This document shows positions 18,694-27,874 of a stretch of DNA of 44,723 nucleotides, piece after piece. Origin of the DNA: a virus (taxonomy: Duplodnaviria; Caudoviricetes); the IMG/VR virus record IMGVR_UViG_3300042366_000770, positions 1 through 44,723 of that record; one strand, written 5' to 3'. The translations under genes and the position numbers were made by a program. The first letter of the stretch is position 1; every line of letters begins with the position of its first letter. Under the pieces are notes generated by a model. It was not told the DNA's origin. It was given only the letters and a program-made list of their open reading frames with translations, and ran no database searches.

Positions 18694-19116
18694 ATGAAGT
18701 TTATTCTCAAAGATGGTCACATTTTTGTTGTGGAAAACGACAATTTGGTGTATAATAATATAGAAGCTGACGTTGTTTTAGACAATGTTTATGCTTCTCA
18801 AGAAGCTCAACTTGAGTTTTGTATCAATAACGGTTTGTTTCGTAAAATAGAAAATAATCGTATTATAATTGATAAAAAAGAGCTAAAAGACCCTTATTTT
18901 GAAATAAAAATTAGGATTTTAGATAAGGATAAAGTCGAGGGCTATATTTCAGATAAAATCCCATTGACACAAGCAATTATCTTAGGTCAACCAATGGAAG
19001 ACAAATACCCTCAGATTATCCGCTCACTTATCCAAGCCACAAGTCGATTAGAAGCCCAACAACAAGACATTATTAAGGTGCTCAATTACTTAGACACCAA
19101 AGGAGATGTACTATAA
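18694..19116 (+). CDS. Hypothetical protein
   Basis: Tightly packed ORF in the operon. Confidence 0.7.
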   Translation: MKFILKDGHIFVVENDNLVYNNIEADVVLDNVYASQEAQLEFCINNGLFRKIENNRIIIDKKELKDPYFEIKIRILDKDKVEGYISDKIPLTQAIILGQPMEDKYPQIIRSLIQATSRLEAQQQDIIKVLNYLDTKGDVL

Positions 19117-19556
19117 TGGAAATTATCTTAGACTTATTACAGGACAATGCAATCATCTCTAACGTCATCTCAATCGTGGTGTTAGGGGTACTTGGCATTA
19201 TCACCAAGTTTATCGTGAACTCAATCGGTGCAATCAATACCGAAAAGACCCAATTGCTTCAAGCACGGGCAACTTTTGAAAGAGTTGACCAAATTGCTGA
19301 AATGATTGAATTAAATGCTAAACTTTATAAAGACGCAGTTATTGGTTCCAACCTTCCAGCTGCTACCAAGTCAGCAGTCTTAGAAGACTATAACTTAATT
19401 CAAAACAAGTATAGAACCTTCTTCGACCACAGCGTTAAAGCAAAACAACCAGCTCAAGAAGTTAAGAAAGAAGAAGCTAAACCAATCATTCAAGAAGTGG
19501 TTCAAGCAGTCGGACAAGACGTTTTATCTAAATTAAGAGAACAATTAGTAAAATAA
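19116..19556 (+). CDS. Single-TM plus helical protein (holin-like candidate)
   Basis: AAGGAG RBS; hydrophobic residues 13-34. Confidence 0.65.
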   Translation: MEIILDLLQDNAIISNVISIVVLGVLGIITKFIVNSIGAINTEKTQLLQARATFERVDQIAEMIELNAKLYKDAVIGSNLPAATKSAVLEDYNLIQNKYRTFFDHSVKAKQPAQEVKKEEAKPIIQEVVQAVGQDVLSKLREQLVK

Positions 19557-19557
19557 T

Positions 19558-19971
19558 ATGAAAAAGTTCTGGTTTTATGTAGGTTTCATTACCTTTGCAT
19601 TAGCTACACCGCTAATCGTTTTAAACCATTACTTCCCCTTTGTAACCTTCTTTGAAACCCCACCTGAATTTAAACTCTCAGTTATTGGGGTCGTAGGACT
19701 ACTGATTATCTTAACTTTCTTTAGAAAGCAGATAGTCAAGTGGGCAAAGAGCTTTGAACAAGTAACGGTATTTAAAGGTATCGCAATATGGTTGGTGCAT
19801 ATATTCCCAACCCTTTTTGCTTTTTTAATAGTCTTCTTTGCTACCCGCTACGCACAACGCTTAGTTCCTGTGTTCGGGTATACGCTTATATCGAATATGA
19901 TTGCAGGGGTCTTCCTTGCGTTATATGAAAAAGAACGTGCAGAAGATTACCGTAAATGGTTAAAGAAATAA
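19558..19971 (+). CDS. Four-TM membrane protein
   Basis: Four hydrophobic segments. Confidence 0.75.
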   Translation: MKKFWFYVGFITFALATPLIVLNHYFPFVTFFETPPEFKLSVIGVVGLLIILTFFRKQIVKWAKSFEQVTVFKGIAIWLVHIFPTLFAFLIVFFATRYAQRLVPVFGYTLISNMIAGVFLALYEKERAEDYRKWLKK

Positions 19972-19982
19972 AGGAGTAGTAT

Positions 19983-20846
19983 ATGTGGGCTAAAATAGGG
20001 AGAGCATTACCGTACGCAATCTTATACATTGCGGCAGTCGCCATCGTTGGGTTATTCAATATCTTAACGATAGAATACCAAGATAACATCTTAAGCAGTG
20101 CAGAGTTCTGGAATAAAGTTATCTCACAAAACTTAGCCAACTTGCTTGTCTTAATCGCTACCGTGTCTATGTACATCGTCAAGTTCTCAGAAACGGACAA
20201 AGGTTATACAACCTTAAAGACGACCGTAGATACATCGGTTCGTAACGACTTAGATAGTGAGTTCGGTACTTGGGTCTTCAATCGGAATAAGGCGGAGAAG
20301 ATAGCCGCTTACCGAGCAAAGGTTCAAAACAAGATTAGTAAAGATGAACTCAAAGCAAAACCTAAAGACTTGGAAATCTGGTACTTCGGTAGTGAAGCAG
20401 ACAAAAAGAAGAATAGATATTGCAGACGCAGAATTAACTTAGAAGAAAGTATTAAAGTTGAAAGATTAGACAAGCTAATCCTTGCATTACGAGTAGACTT
20501 TGATGAGATTGACCGTAGCTTTGTGGAAACAGGCGAAGTCATCAAGAGTGAAAAGAAGTTAACAAGACAAGATACGTTAGGTCGAAAGGTTAAAGATAAC
20601 TACGCTCAGTTCTTATTTGCAGTAGGCGGTGCAGCGTTCTTCAATGCCTTCATCTATACTGCAGATTTATTAGACACAGCGTTCTGGTTTAAATTAGCAA
20701 CAAGCTTATTCCTAATCGTATCAATGTTCTTAAACGGACGGGAATACGCAAGAAACTATATTAAACAAGTGATGACAGTTGACTTAAATACAAGGTTCAA
20801 CATTATCAAAGATTATCTAACCTTTAGGGTTAAGGAGAAAAAGTAA
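19983..20846 (+). CDS. Membrane protein (2 TM, soluble loop, 2 TM)
   Basis: AAGGAG RBS; hydropathy pattern. Confidence 0.75.
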   Translation: MWAKIGRALPYAILYIAAVAIVGLFNILTIEYQDNILSSAEFWNKVISQNLANLLVLIATVSMYIVKFSETDKGYTTLKTTVDTSVRNDLDSEFGTWVFNRNKAEKIAAYRAKVQNKISKDELKAKPKDLEIWYFGSEADKKKNRYCRRRINLEESIKVERLDKLILALRVDFDEIDRSFVETGEVIKSEKKLTRQDTLGRKVKDNYAQFLFAVGGAAFFNAFIYTADLLDTAFWFKLATSLFLIVSMFLNGREYARNYIKQVMTVDLNTRFNIIKDYLTFRVKEKK

Positions 20847-20847
20847 T

Positions 20848-21516
20848 ATGGCACAACAAAATCCATTTGGAACAAGCGGAGCAGGGGCAAATGCTTTTAA
20901 AGCCGCTTATGATAGATTAAAGTCAGAAGCAGACTTGGCTAGAAAAAATATCGGTCAAGACTATGCTTCAGCTTACCAACAAGTAAGACAACAAGGGTAT
21001 GGTCAAGGTTTAGGTGCTGCAGCTCAAGCAGGACTTTCAGGTGGTCAAGCCGCCGGTGTTAGACAACAAATGGGTGCTCAACAAATGGGTGCTCTTGGTA
21101 ATCTAATGCAGGGTCAAGAACGTGCATTAAGAGAACAAAAAGCAGGTGAGTCTTCTATTTATAGCAATGCTTTATTAGAAGGTCAACAAGCACAACAATA
21201 TGAACGTGAAGGGCAACAAGCTGCTTTCCAAAAGGAACAACAAGCCATCACTACCCTTAAGGATAATAGTACAACAGACGAAGAAAAAACGAGATTATTA
21301 ACTACTTTAGGGTATGAACCACAACAAATTCAAACTCTTATTAACGCTAACAAACCTGGTTATGACTGGACTGTAGCCGCTCTTAGAACTTTATTACCAA
21401 TCACGAATTTATTTAATATATACGACCTTGTTACAGGTAAAATGTTTCCTAAAAAAGAACAAACAAGAACAGAACAAGTAGCCGCTCCTGATATAAATAT
21501 TGTACCTACAAGATAA
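20848..21516 (+). CDS. Probable ejection / internal virion protein
   Basis: G/A/Q-rich helical sequence preceding a large virion protein. Confidence 0.6.
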   Translation: MAQQNPFGTSGAGANAFKAAYDRLKSEADLARKNIGQDYASAYQQVRQQGYGQGLGAAAQAGLSGGQAAGVRQQMGAQQMGALGNLMQGQERALREQKAGESSIYSNALLEGQQAQQYEREGQQAAFQKEQQAITTLKDNSTTDEEKTRLLTTLGYEPQQIQTLINANKPGYDWTVAALRTLLPITNLFNIYDLVTGKMFPKKEQTRTEQVAAPDINIVPTR

Positions 21517-21528
21517 GGAAATACTTTA

Positions 21529-24500
21529 ATGGCAGTTAAAAAACCGATATATCGTTATCAATACAAACCAACGGCAGCAACTTATTTTAAACCTGCCTTG
21601 GGCGAAAAGGAGCAACTTGCTAAATCCGTTGGCACTCAGGTTACAAACCTAGAACAACGTTTTAAAAATGTTGGTATTCCCAGCGAAACCGGTGCGAAAG
21701 AAGCAGACCAAAGAAATATCATTGAAAAGGCTTTAAATCTTAAAGCTAATCAAAATATGTTAATGGATGTTTTAGAAGTTTTAAATAGACCTACTCAAGC
21801 AGTAACTAATATTTTAAGTTCATTAGGTGACCAAGATAAAAGAGACGCTTTAACTGCGGCTTGGGAAGGTTTATCTGGTCAAAAAGAAATCGGTGCTAGA
21901 CAAGCTTTAGCTAATCTTACCGGTGATAAGAACATTTTAAAGATTAAAGAAGATAATAATACTAAAATAGATGATATCGGTCAGTTTGTTATTGACCTTG
22001 GTTTAGAAATCGCTGCAGACCCAACCACTTGGATTTCAATGGGTGTTGGTGCGGTTAAAAAAGCAGGTCAAGAAGCAACAGAAAAAGCAATACAAAAGCT
22101 AACAAAGAAAGCTATAAGAGTTAAAGATATCACGAAAAAAGCTGAGTTGTTAAAACAAGTAGAAGCTTTAAAAGTGCCTAAACCTACGTTTGCTCAAAAT
22201 GTTTTATCTGCTACTGATAGCAAGATAAGAGAATTAACTAGAAAAGCAATTCGCAATTTAAAACCAGAACAAGCCAAAGTAGCGATTAGAGGCTTACGTG
22301 CATTAAAGAATATTGGTGAACGTGCTGGTGGTCTTGTTAATTCATTAAAAGATGTGAAGACTGCTTTACGTGGCGAACTTGACAAAGTTTTTGGTACTGC
22401 AAACTATCAATTAGACTTATTAAAAGCAGGTGTCAAAGGTTTAGACGACCAAATTGAAACGATTGTCAACAGATATGCAGCTACATTAGATGAAGCAGGA
22501 AAACGTACTGTTCGTAATGCTGTTGAAGAAATTTATGAATTAGGTTATAAATTTGACCCAAATACTGGTAAGATACTTCTTGACCCAGATAATATTCCAA
22601 AAGGAACTATTAACGCTGTAGATGTAGCAGATGACTTAGGTGACTCTAAGAGAAACTATCAATACACCTCTAGAAGAATATCTTCACAAGGTGGAAACCT
22701 TGCTAGAGCTGAACAAAGAGTTGAAAGATTTGTTCGTGCTGCTAATAGAAGGGTTGGTGGTAAAGCTTTAACTTATACAGTTAAAACTGCTGATAATGGT
22801 TTTAGTTATATTTCAATAAGACTAAACTTAAAGGATGCAAGTGAAGCCCTTACAGATGCTGCTAAAAAAGCAGACATTCAACAACTTGTAGGTAAATATA
22901 GAGATTACATAAGAAAATCTCAAGCAACAATAGAACTTGGTAAAATACCGTTAAGCAAAGAAGCCAAACTAATTATTGGAGATGCAGACTTAGGTAAAGC
23001 TTATCGTGCTTATGAAGATGTGATTGACCGTGCTAATGAGTTAATTACCGCTACCACTGCAAAAGGTGGTGTGGCTTATAAAGCAGCAGATATTTACGAT
23101 GCATCAAGTATTGGCGATGTTCGATACGTTCGCCGTGTTAGAACTGCAGATTATTTAAAACAATTATCTGATAGTGGTAAATTTGAACCAAACCCAATGT
23201 TAAGGGAAATTGTCTCAGGTACTGGTAAAGAATTAAATGAACGTCTTTACCGTGGTACTGCCGCAGAATATAATGATGTACTTAAAATGTTCTATAGTGC
23301 AAAAAGCGATAGATTTGCTCAAGACTTAGTTGAGTCGGCTATTGACTATATTAAAGTCGCAGAGTCTCGTTTCTCAATGTCTGAAGTTACTCGACTAATT
23401 TTTGGATTAACCCCAAGCAAAGGCTATGCTTTTACAAAAGATGCTGGTGGTGATTTAGTTCAAAATCTTCCAACTCAAATTAAAGAAGATGCTTTAAAAC
23501 AAGGATTTAAGGAAACTGATAAACTAAAATACACAGACAAAGTTAAGTTCTCAGGTGGTGCGGATTGGGCTCAGGATAGTCAATTTATTCGCCCAGTAGA
23601 CGAATTATTAGATGAAGCAAATCCACTTATTATGAAAAAAGGTAAGCCGGTGGCTTTAAATACTAAATCATCTCCAGTTGTAACCCAAGAAATGGCCACT
23701 GACTTTCAACGTAGATTTCCAAACCATAAAATATTAGACAATGGGTTTGTCCAAGTTAAAATTGACGAAGTAAACGGTGTTAAGAAATATACTGCCACCG
23801 GTGGTGAGTTTAAGAGTTTATTTGAAAGCTTACCAGAAGAACTAAAGGCTAGTGTGTACGAATACCTTTACAAAGGTAATATGACTGGTCAAAAGGTTGC
23901 ATTACACCGCTCAGCTTATGAAATTTTAAAGAACGCACAAAACGCTTACAAAGTCAATATCAATGCTGGTGTTAAATTTTTCGATGAGTTTCTAAACTTT
24001 TGGAAAGGTGTTACATTATTAAGTCCATCCTTCCACGCAAGAAACTTTTTAGGAAACTGGACGAATATGAGTTTAGCGGGAATGAGCCCAAGTGAAATCG
24101 TTAAATACACATCCGAAGCTTGGACTGATATTGTAAAGCGTGATGAAATATTAAAAAAGATATCAGCCGGTACAGCGACTCTTGAAGACAAATTATTCTT
24201 AAGACAAAGTAATACATACGTTGCAGGTCTTGCCTCCTCAAGACGTGGTGTTAGAGACTTAGAAAACCTAGCCGAACTTAGAAAGTATTCTCCAGATTTA
24301 AAGAGAAAATTTGGTTCTGGTCTAAAAGGAAAGTATAATGAATTAGTTCAAAACAACTTTAAGTTAGCTGAAAGAGCTGACGAAGTTCAACGCTTGGCTA
24401 TGTTCAAATCCCTTAAAAAGAAAGGCTTATCAGATGCTGCAGCTATTCAAAAGGTTCGTGAAGTCTTATTCGACTATGGTAAGCTAACGGGATTTGAAAA

Positions 24501-25272
24501 AGATTATATGAAGCGTTTCTTCCCCTTCTATACGTTTATGAAGGAAAACATGCAGTTCCAAATGAAGAATATGCTTCAAAATAGTGGACGATACAAAAAC
24601 CTATTTAGAGGTTATAAACACTATTTAGAAGAAGTTGCAGATTTAGATGAAAAAGATATACCTAAGTATATGACTGGCAACATGTGGGTACCACTTCCAT
24701 TTGTTATCAATAAGGATGACAAAGAAGCTATCTCAATGTTAAAACTTAACTTGCCAGCCTCAGACTTCCTTGAATTCGTTGAAAACCCATTAAAGAAAGC
24801 TGCTTCAAGTGTTGCAGTGCCAATCAAGGCTGCGTGGGAATTTATGACCGGAACGGATACATTCACAGGTGCACCAATACAACAATTCCCAGGTCAAAAG
24901 TCATTAGACAAAGAAAGTAATAGTTTATTTAAGTTCTTGAGAAACGAAAAGGGTGAGTTCGATGTAATGAAAGACCCAATCCTCAAGAAGTTCTCAGATG
25001 ACCTAGGTCTAAGAACATTAAGAAGACCGCTTACCGCTATTATGGATAGTATTGATACTATTCTGGGTAGACAAGACCCGGCAACAGGTTTACTTGATTT
25101 ATTAGAACAAACCGGCATCTCAACCACGGTCAAGAAAGAAGACCTCAATCTAACTGCCTTATATCAACAACTTGAGTACTTACGCAATCTTAAGAAGTTA
25201 TATGAGCAGAACACTGGCAGAGAACTTCCTACCCAAGCACAATCAGCTGGATATAAGTTCAAACCAAAATAA
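21529..25272 (+). CDS. Large internal virion (ejection) protein
   Basis: 1247 aa, helical; DPTTW and FHARN..GN, FPFYTF motifs typical of podovirus ejection proteins; last gene of the + arm. Confidence 0.65.
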   Translation: MAVKKPIYRYQYKPTAATYFKPALGEKEQLAKSVGTQVTNLEQRFKNVGIPSETGAKEADQRNIIEKALNLKANQNMLMDVLEVLNRPTQAVTNILSSLGDQDKRDALTAAWEGLSGQKEIGARQALANLTGDKNILKIKEDNNTKIDDIGQFVIDLGLEIAADPTTWISMGVGAVKKAGQEATEKAIQKLTKKAIRVKDITKKAELLKQVEALKVPKPTFAQNVLSATDSKIRELTRKAIRNLKPEQAKVAIRGLRALKNIGERAGGLVNSLKDVKTALRGELDKVFGTANYQLDLLKAGVKGLDDQIETIVNRYAATLDEAGKRTVRNAVEEIYELGYKFDPNTGKILLDPDNIPKGTINAVDVADDLGDSKRNYQYTSRRISSQGGNLARAEQRVERFVRAANRRVGGKALTYTVKTADNGFSYISIRLNLKDASEALTDAAKKADIQQLVGKYRDYIRKSQATIELGKIPLSKEAKLIIGDADLGKAYRAYEDVIDRANELITATTAKGGVAYKAADIYDASSIGDVRYVRRVRTADYLKQLSDSGKFEPNPMLREIVSGTGKELNERLYRGTAAEYNDVLKMFYSAKSDRFAQDLVESAIDYIKVAESRFSMSEVTRLIFGLTPSKGYAFTKDAGGDLVQNLPTQIKEDALKQGFKETDKLKYTDKVKFSGGADWAQDSQFIRPVDELLDEANPLIMKKGKPVALNTKSSPVVTQEMATDFQRRFPNHKILDNGFVQVKIDEVNGVKKYTATGGEFKSLFESLPEELKASVYEYLYKGNMTGQKVALHRSAYEILKNAQNAYKVNINAGVKFFDEFLNFWKGVTLLSPSFHARNFLGNWTNMSLAGMSPSEIVKYTSEAWTDIVKRDEILKKISAGTATLEDKLFLRQSNTYVAGLASSRRGVRDLENLAELRKYSPDLKRKFGSGLKGKYNELVQNNFKLAERADEVQRLAMFKSLKKKGLSDAAAIQKVREVLFDYGKLTGFEKDYMKRFFPFYTFMKENMQFQMKNMLQNSGRYKNLFRGYKHYLEEVADLDEKDIPKYMTGNMWVPLPFVINKDDKEAISMLKLNLPASDFLEFVENPLKKAASSVAVPIKAAWEFMTGTDTFTGAPIQQFPGQKSLDKESNSLFKFLRNEKGEFDVMKDPILKKFSDDLGLRTLRRPLTAIMDSIDTILGRQDPATGLLDLLEQTGISTTVKKEDLNLTALYQQLEYLRNLKKLYEQNTGRELPTQAQSAGYKFKPK

Positions 25273-25300
25273 AAAGAGCCCTACGGGGCTCTTTTCTATT
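25272..25300. terminator. Bidirectional terminator between converging arms
   Basis: AAAAAGAGCCC-TACG-GGGCTCTTTTCTATT. Confidence 0.9.
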
Positions 25301-25346
25301 GTGCGAATTTGTGACATTTTTTAACAAGGACGATAACATTATGTCA

Positions 25347-25405
25347 CTTCGATTATAGTCGAAGGTTGTATGGTTTTCTCAACTAATTTCGATTATAGTC
25401 GAAAT
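25347..25405. repeat. Two copies of quasi-palindrome TTCGATTATAGTCGAA, 40 bp apart
   Basis: 25348-25363 and 25388-25403. Confidence 0.8.
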
Positions 25406-25414
25406 AGATTTATT

Positions 25415-25493
25415 TGGTGGAGTAGGTGGGAGTCGAACCCACGTTTTAACCTACACTCAGTTAAGTTTGTAGGTTAACTTACCCGACTACCCC
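25415..25493 (-). ncRNA. tmRNA-TLD-like / atypical tRNA-like RNA with alanine identity elements
   Basis: GGGGUAG/CUACUCC acceptor with G3.U70, A73, CCA; T arm GUGGG-UUCGACU-CCCAC; 9-nt unstemmed D region; 10-bp helix; 3-nt connector. Confidence 0.75.
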
Positions 25494-25738
25494 TTGAACA
25501 CTTTATTACGTAAGAAGACTGCTATAACAACGTTTAACATCCAATACGGGGTTACGGGTAGCATTATAAACGCCCAGATAGACCCTGCAATCACATAACC
25601 GTTGTTATCTTTGAACACAAAGCCGTAGATTAACGGTAAGGCCCACGGTAAAGAGGTTATAACGTTAGCCATAAGCCAAGAAAACCACCCTTTTGGGGTG
25701 GCTATTAACATTTTAAGCTGCTCTTTCAGTTTATTCAT
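25487..25738 (-). CDS. Small membrane protein without an SD sequence
   Basis: 83 aa with 2-3 hydrophobic helices; stop codon lies inside the tRNA-like acceptor stem. Confidence 0.65.
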   Translation of the reverse strand: MNKLKEQLKMLIATPKGWFSWLMANVITSLPWALPLIYGFVFKDNNGYVIAGSIWAFIMLPVTPYWMLNVVIAVFLRNKVFKG

Positions 25739-25743
25739 TAGGG

Positions 25744-25795
25744 GAGAAGCCTACGGTAAAGGGAGGAAAACCATAGACCTCTCACTAATATTATA
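25744..25795 (-). promoter_or_regulatory. -10 element followed by a 14-bp hairpin with anti-SD loop
   Basis: TATAAT at 25795-25790; GAGAGGUCUAUGGU-UUUCCUCCCUUU-ACCGUAGGCUUCUC. Confidence 0.6.
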
Positions 25796-25810
25796 CACCG
25801 AATTTAAGAA

Positions 25811-26758
25811 TTATACTATGTCTTCTGTATTAACTGGGTCAAGTTTAATGTTTTCTTTAGGTTTCTTGACCTTTAACATCTGTCTAGCGTACTTTGTGCT
25901 TTCCCTTTTATACTTACTAAAGTCAATTTCAGGATGGTCTTTCATCAAGGTGTGTACGTCATACCCACCATCACGTTCCATTTCAACGTTTGAGAAGGAC
26001 AAGGTGCCATCATTATACTTACCATACTTCTCAGAGAAATGACTGCGGAAGGTACCTTCTTGGTATTCCAAGTTAGCAATTTGTTGCTTAAGGTCATTCC
26101 ACTCATACAACTTCTCAACATCTTCTGTCGTCAGGTCTACGTTCACACCAACTCCCTTTAGTGTGTTAGCTTCTCCCCGGTAGAAGTCAATGTTTGATAC
26201 AATGTAATCAATATGACTAAGGTCAGGTTGATGATTGTTATTTAAGCAATTAGCGTAGTAAAGAGCTGCGGTTTGCATATGTTCAATGAAGTTTTCATCT
26301 CTTGCCACGTCAATGTATCCTAGTTCCCACCCATTACGAAGGTAGCAGATACGTGCGTTTTGAAAACCTGACATATACATTGCAAACTGGACTTGAGCAT
26401 AATAGGTCTTTAATAAGGTCTTTTCATCCTTTTCGGTGTTCTTAAACTCATAAACCACACCATTGTTCACGTCAAGGGCATCAAACTCGATTGTAAACAT
26501 ATCATAGATATCGTGTTGATACCTGTTTTTGTCTACAACCAGTTTAACATTGAGGTTTTTTTCGACAAGGTCCTTGATGATAGGTTCCATAACATGTCCC
26601 ATTTCCATCTTTTGCCTTCCAGTTTCGGTAAATGTTTCCTCAATCTGCTTGGTGTCTAAGAGATATTGTTCTAAAGCGGTCTTGTATTTACTCTTATTGA
26701 GTATCGCATCCATTTTAGAACTGGACACCCCAACACGTCTAGTTGACGTTATTTTCAT
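25811..26758 (-). CDS. YqaJ / lambda-type exonuclease
   Basis: G..MEP, FDAL, EFKNT, YYAQVQ motifs. Confidence 0.85.
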   Translation of the reverse strand: MKITSTRRVGVSSSKMDAILNKSKYKTALEQYLLDTKQIEETFTETGRQKMEMGHVMEPIIKDLVEKNLNVKLVVDKNRYQHDIYDMFTIEFDALDVNNGVVYEFKNTEKDEKTLLKTYYAQVQFAMYMSGFQNARICYLRNGWELGYIDVARDENFIEHMQTAALYYANCLNNNHQPDLSHIDYIVSNIDFYRGEANTLKGVGVNVDLTTEDVEKLYEWNDLKQQIANLEYQEGTFRSHFSEKYGKYNDGTLSFSNVEMERDGGYDVHTLMKDHPEIDFSKYKRESTKYARQMLKVKKPKENIKLDPVNTEDIV

Positions 26759-27374
26759 ATTCTGCCTCGTTTTCTATAAATATTTTGATAATTTCTTCAC
26801 TTGCCTTGGCGACTTCTTCTTGTGTACGTCCAGAAGTATCTAAGACAATATAGCGGATGTCATAAATCTCACATTGAGCGACTAGTTTTCTCACATAATC
26901 ATCCATTAAAAACTTAAAGTAGTCTTCGTTTTGACCAAAGTTTTCGATTTCTTGTGGTCTGCCACGCTTCATTACTCGTTCTTTAAATGTATCCCAGTCC
27001 ATATCTAAGATGATATAGAGGTCAGGATGCTTGATTGAATTCATATATTGGTGGAATAAACCATTATACATATTAAGAACTTCAGGGTTTTTACGTAGGT
27101 TAATCTGAGCAAATAACCAGTGTTCGATAATATGGCGGTCTACAATCACATCGCCTTGAATGTTTTGTTGCGTTTTCCAGTGTTTGTGAAGGAAATAGAT
27201 TTGTAATAACATCTCTACGTCTTGCTTACCTTCGTACAACCACTTCAACAAGGTATTGAACACGTCATCGTTCTTGTCGTATTCATCCATTTTTTGCAGA
27301 TTTAACTTCTCTGCTAAGGTATTGACTAGGGTACTTTTACCACTAGCAATCATCCCGCCAACTGCAAATTTCAT
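26739..27374 (-). CDS. Deoxynucleoside kinase
   Basis: GMIASGKSTL P-loop, DRH, KRGRPQE lid. Confidence 0.9.
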   Translation of the reverse strand: MKFAVGGMIASGKSTLVNTLAEKLNLQKMDEYDKNDDVFNTLLKWLYEGKQDVEMLLQIYFLHKHWKTQQNIQGDVIVDRHIIEHWLFAQINLRKNPEVLNMYNGLFHQYMNSIKHPDLYIILDMDWDTFKERVMKRGRPQEIENFGQNEDYFKFLMDDYVRKLVAQCEIYDIRYIVLDTSGRTQEEVAKASEEIIKIFIENEAEYENNVN

Positions 27375-27874
27375 ATCTTTATACCCTCCTTGTCTAGGTA
27401 TCGTAATAGGTGTCTTAAGGCAGAACGTTCGTGGTCATTAAGTGCTGTGTCTCTAAACCACCAGCGGTTCTTTTTCTTTGTCAAGATGCCTAACTTCTCT
27501 AACTTGTCATCTGTGTAAGGTTTCGTCACGTTTGCCATTTGGAAGGTGACGGGTACTTTGTTCATCTGTGCAGTTTGTTCGATAATACCTAGTAATCTAG
27601 GCGTTTCTAACTGGGAGAACGATTGAACCGCAGCACCTGTCGCCGGAGTATTGTATAGGCGGTAGTCCTCAACGATTAGGGCATTTGGTTTTTGAATTGC
27701 AATAAGTAATGCAATATCATACCAGTAATCTACACGTGTTGGGTGGTCTTCTGCTTTGATAGTGCCAAAGAAGAACTCTTGTTTGTCATCCTTCTCAACA
27801 TACATTACAAAACCAGTCTTGCCTTTACCTTCTGTAAAGTTTCCGGATGGGTCTATGGATAGTATTTTTTTCAT
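27371..27874 (-). CDS. RuvC-like Holliday junction resolvase
   Basis: ILSIDPSG...TG, IVEDY, C-terminal DH.RSA. Confidence 0.7.
   Translation of the reverse strand: MKKILSIDPSGNFTEGKGKTGFVMYVEKDDKQEFFFGTIKAEDHPTRVDYWYDIALLIAIQKPNALIVEDYRLYNTPATGAAVQSFSQLETPRLLGIIEQTAQMNKVPVTFQMANVTKPYTDDKLEKLGILTKKKNRWWFRDTALNDHERSALRHLLRYLDKEGIKI

Noticed and set aside
25415-25445. attP fragment for integration into host ssrA or a tRNA gene
   Set aside because: No integrase recognised, and the matching 5' acceptor strand is present, which an attP 3' fragment would not need; not fully excluded.
25415-25493. Canonical tRNA or full-length tmRNA
   Set aside because: No D stem or 7-nt anticodon loop, and no room for a tag ORF or pseudoknots.
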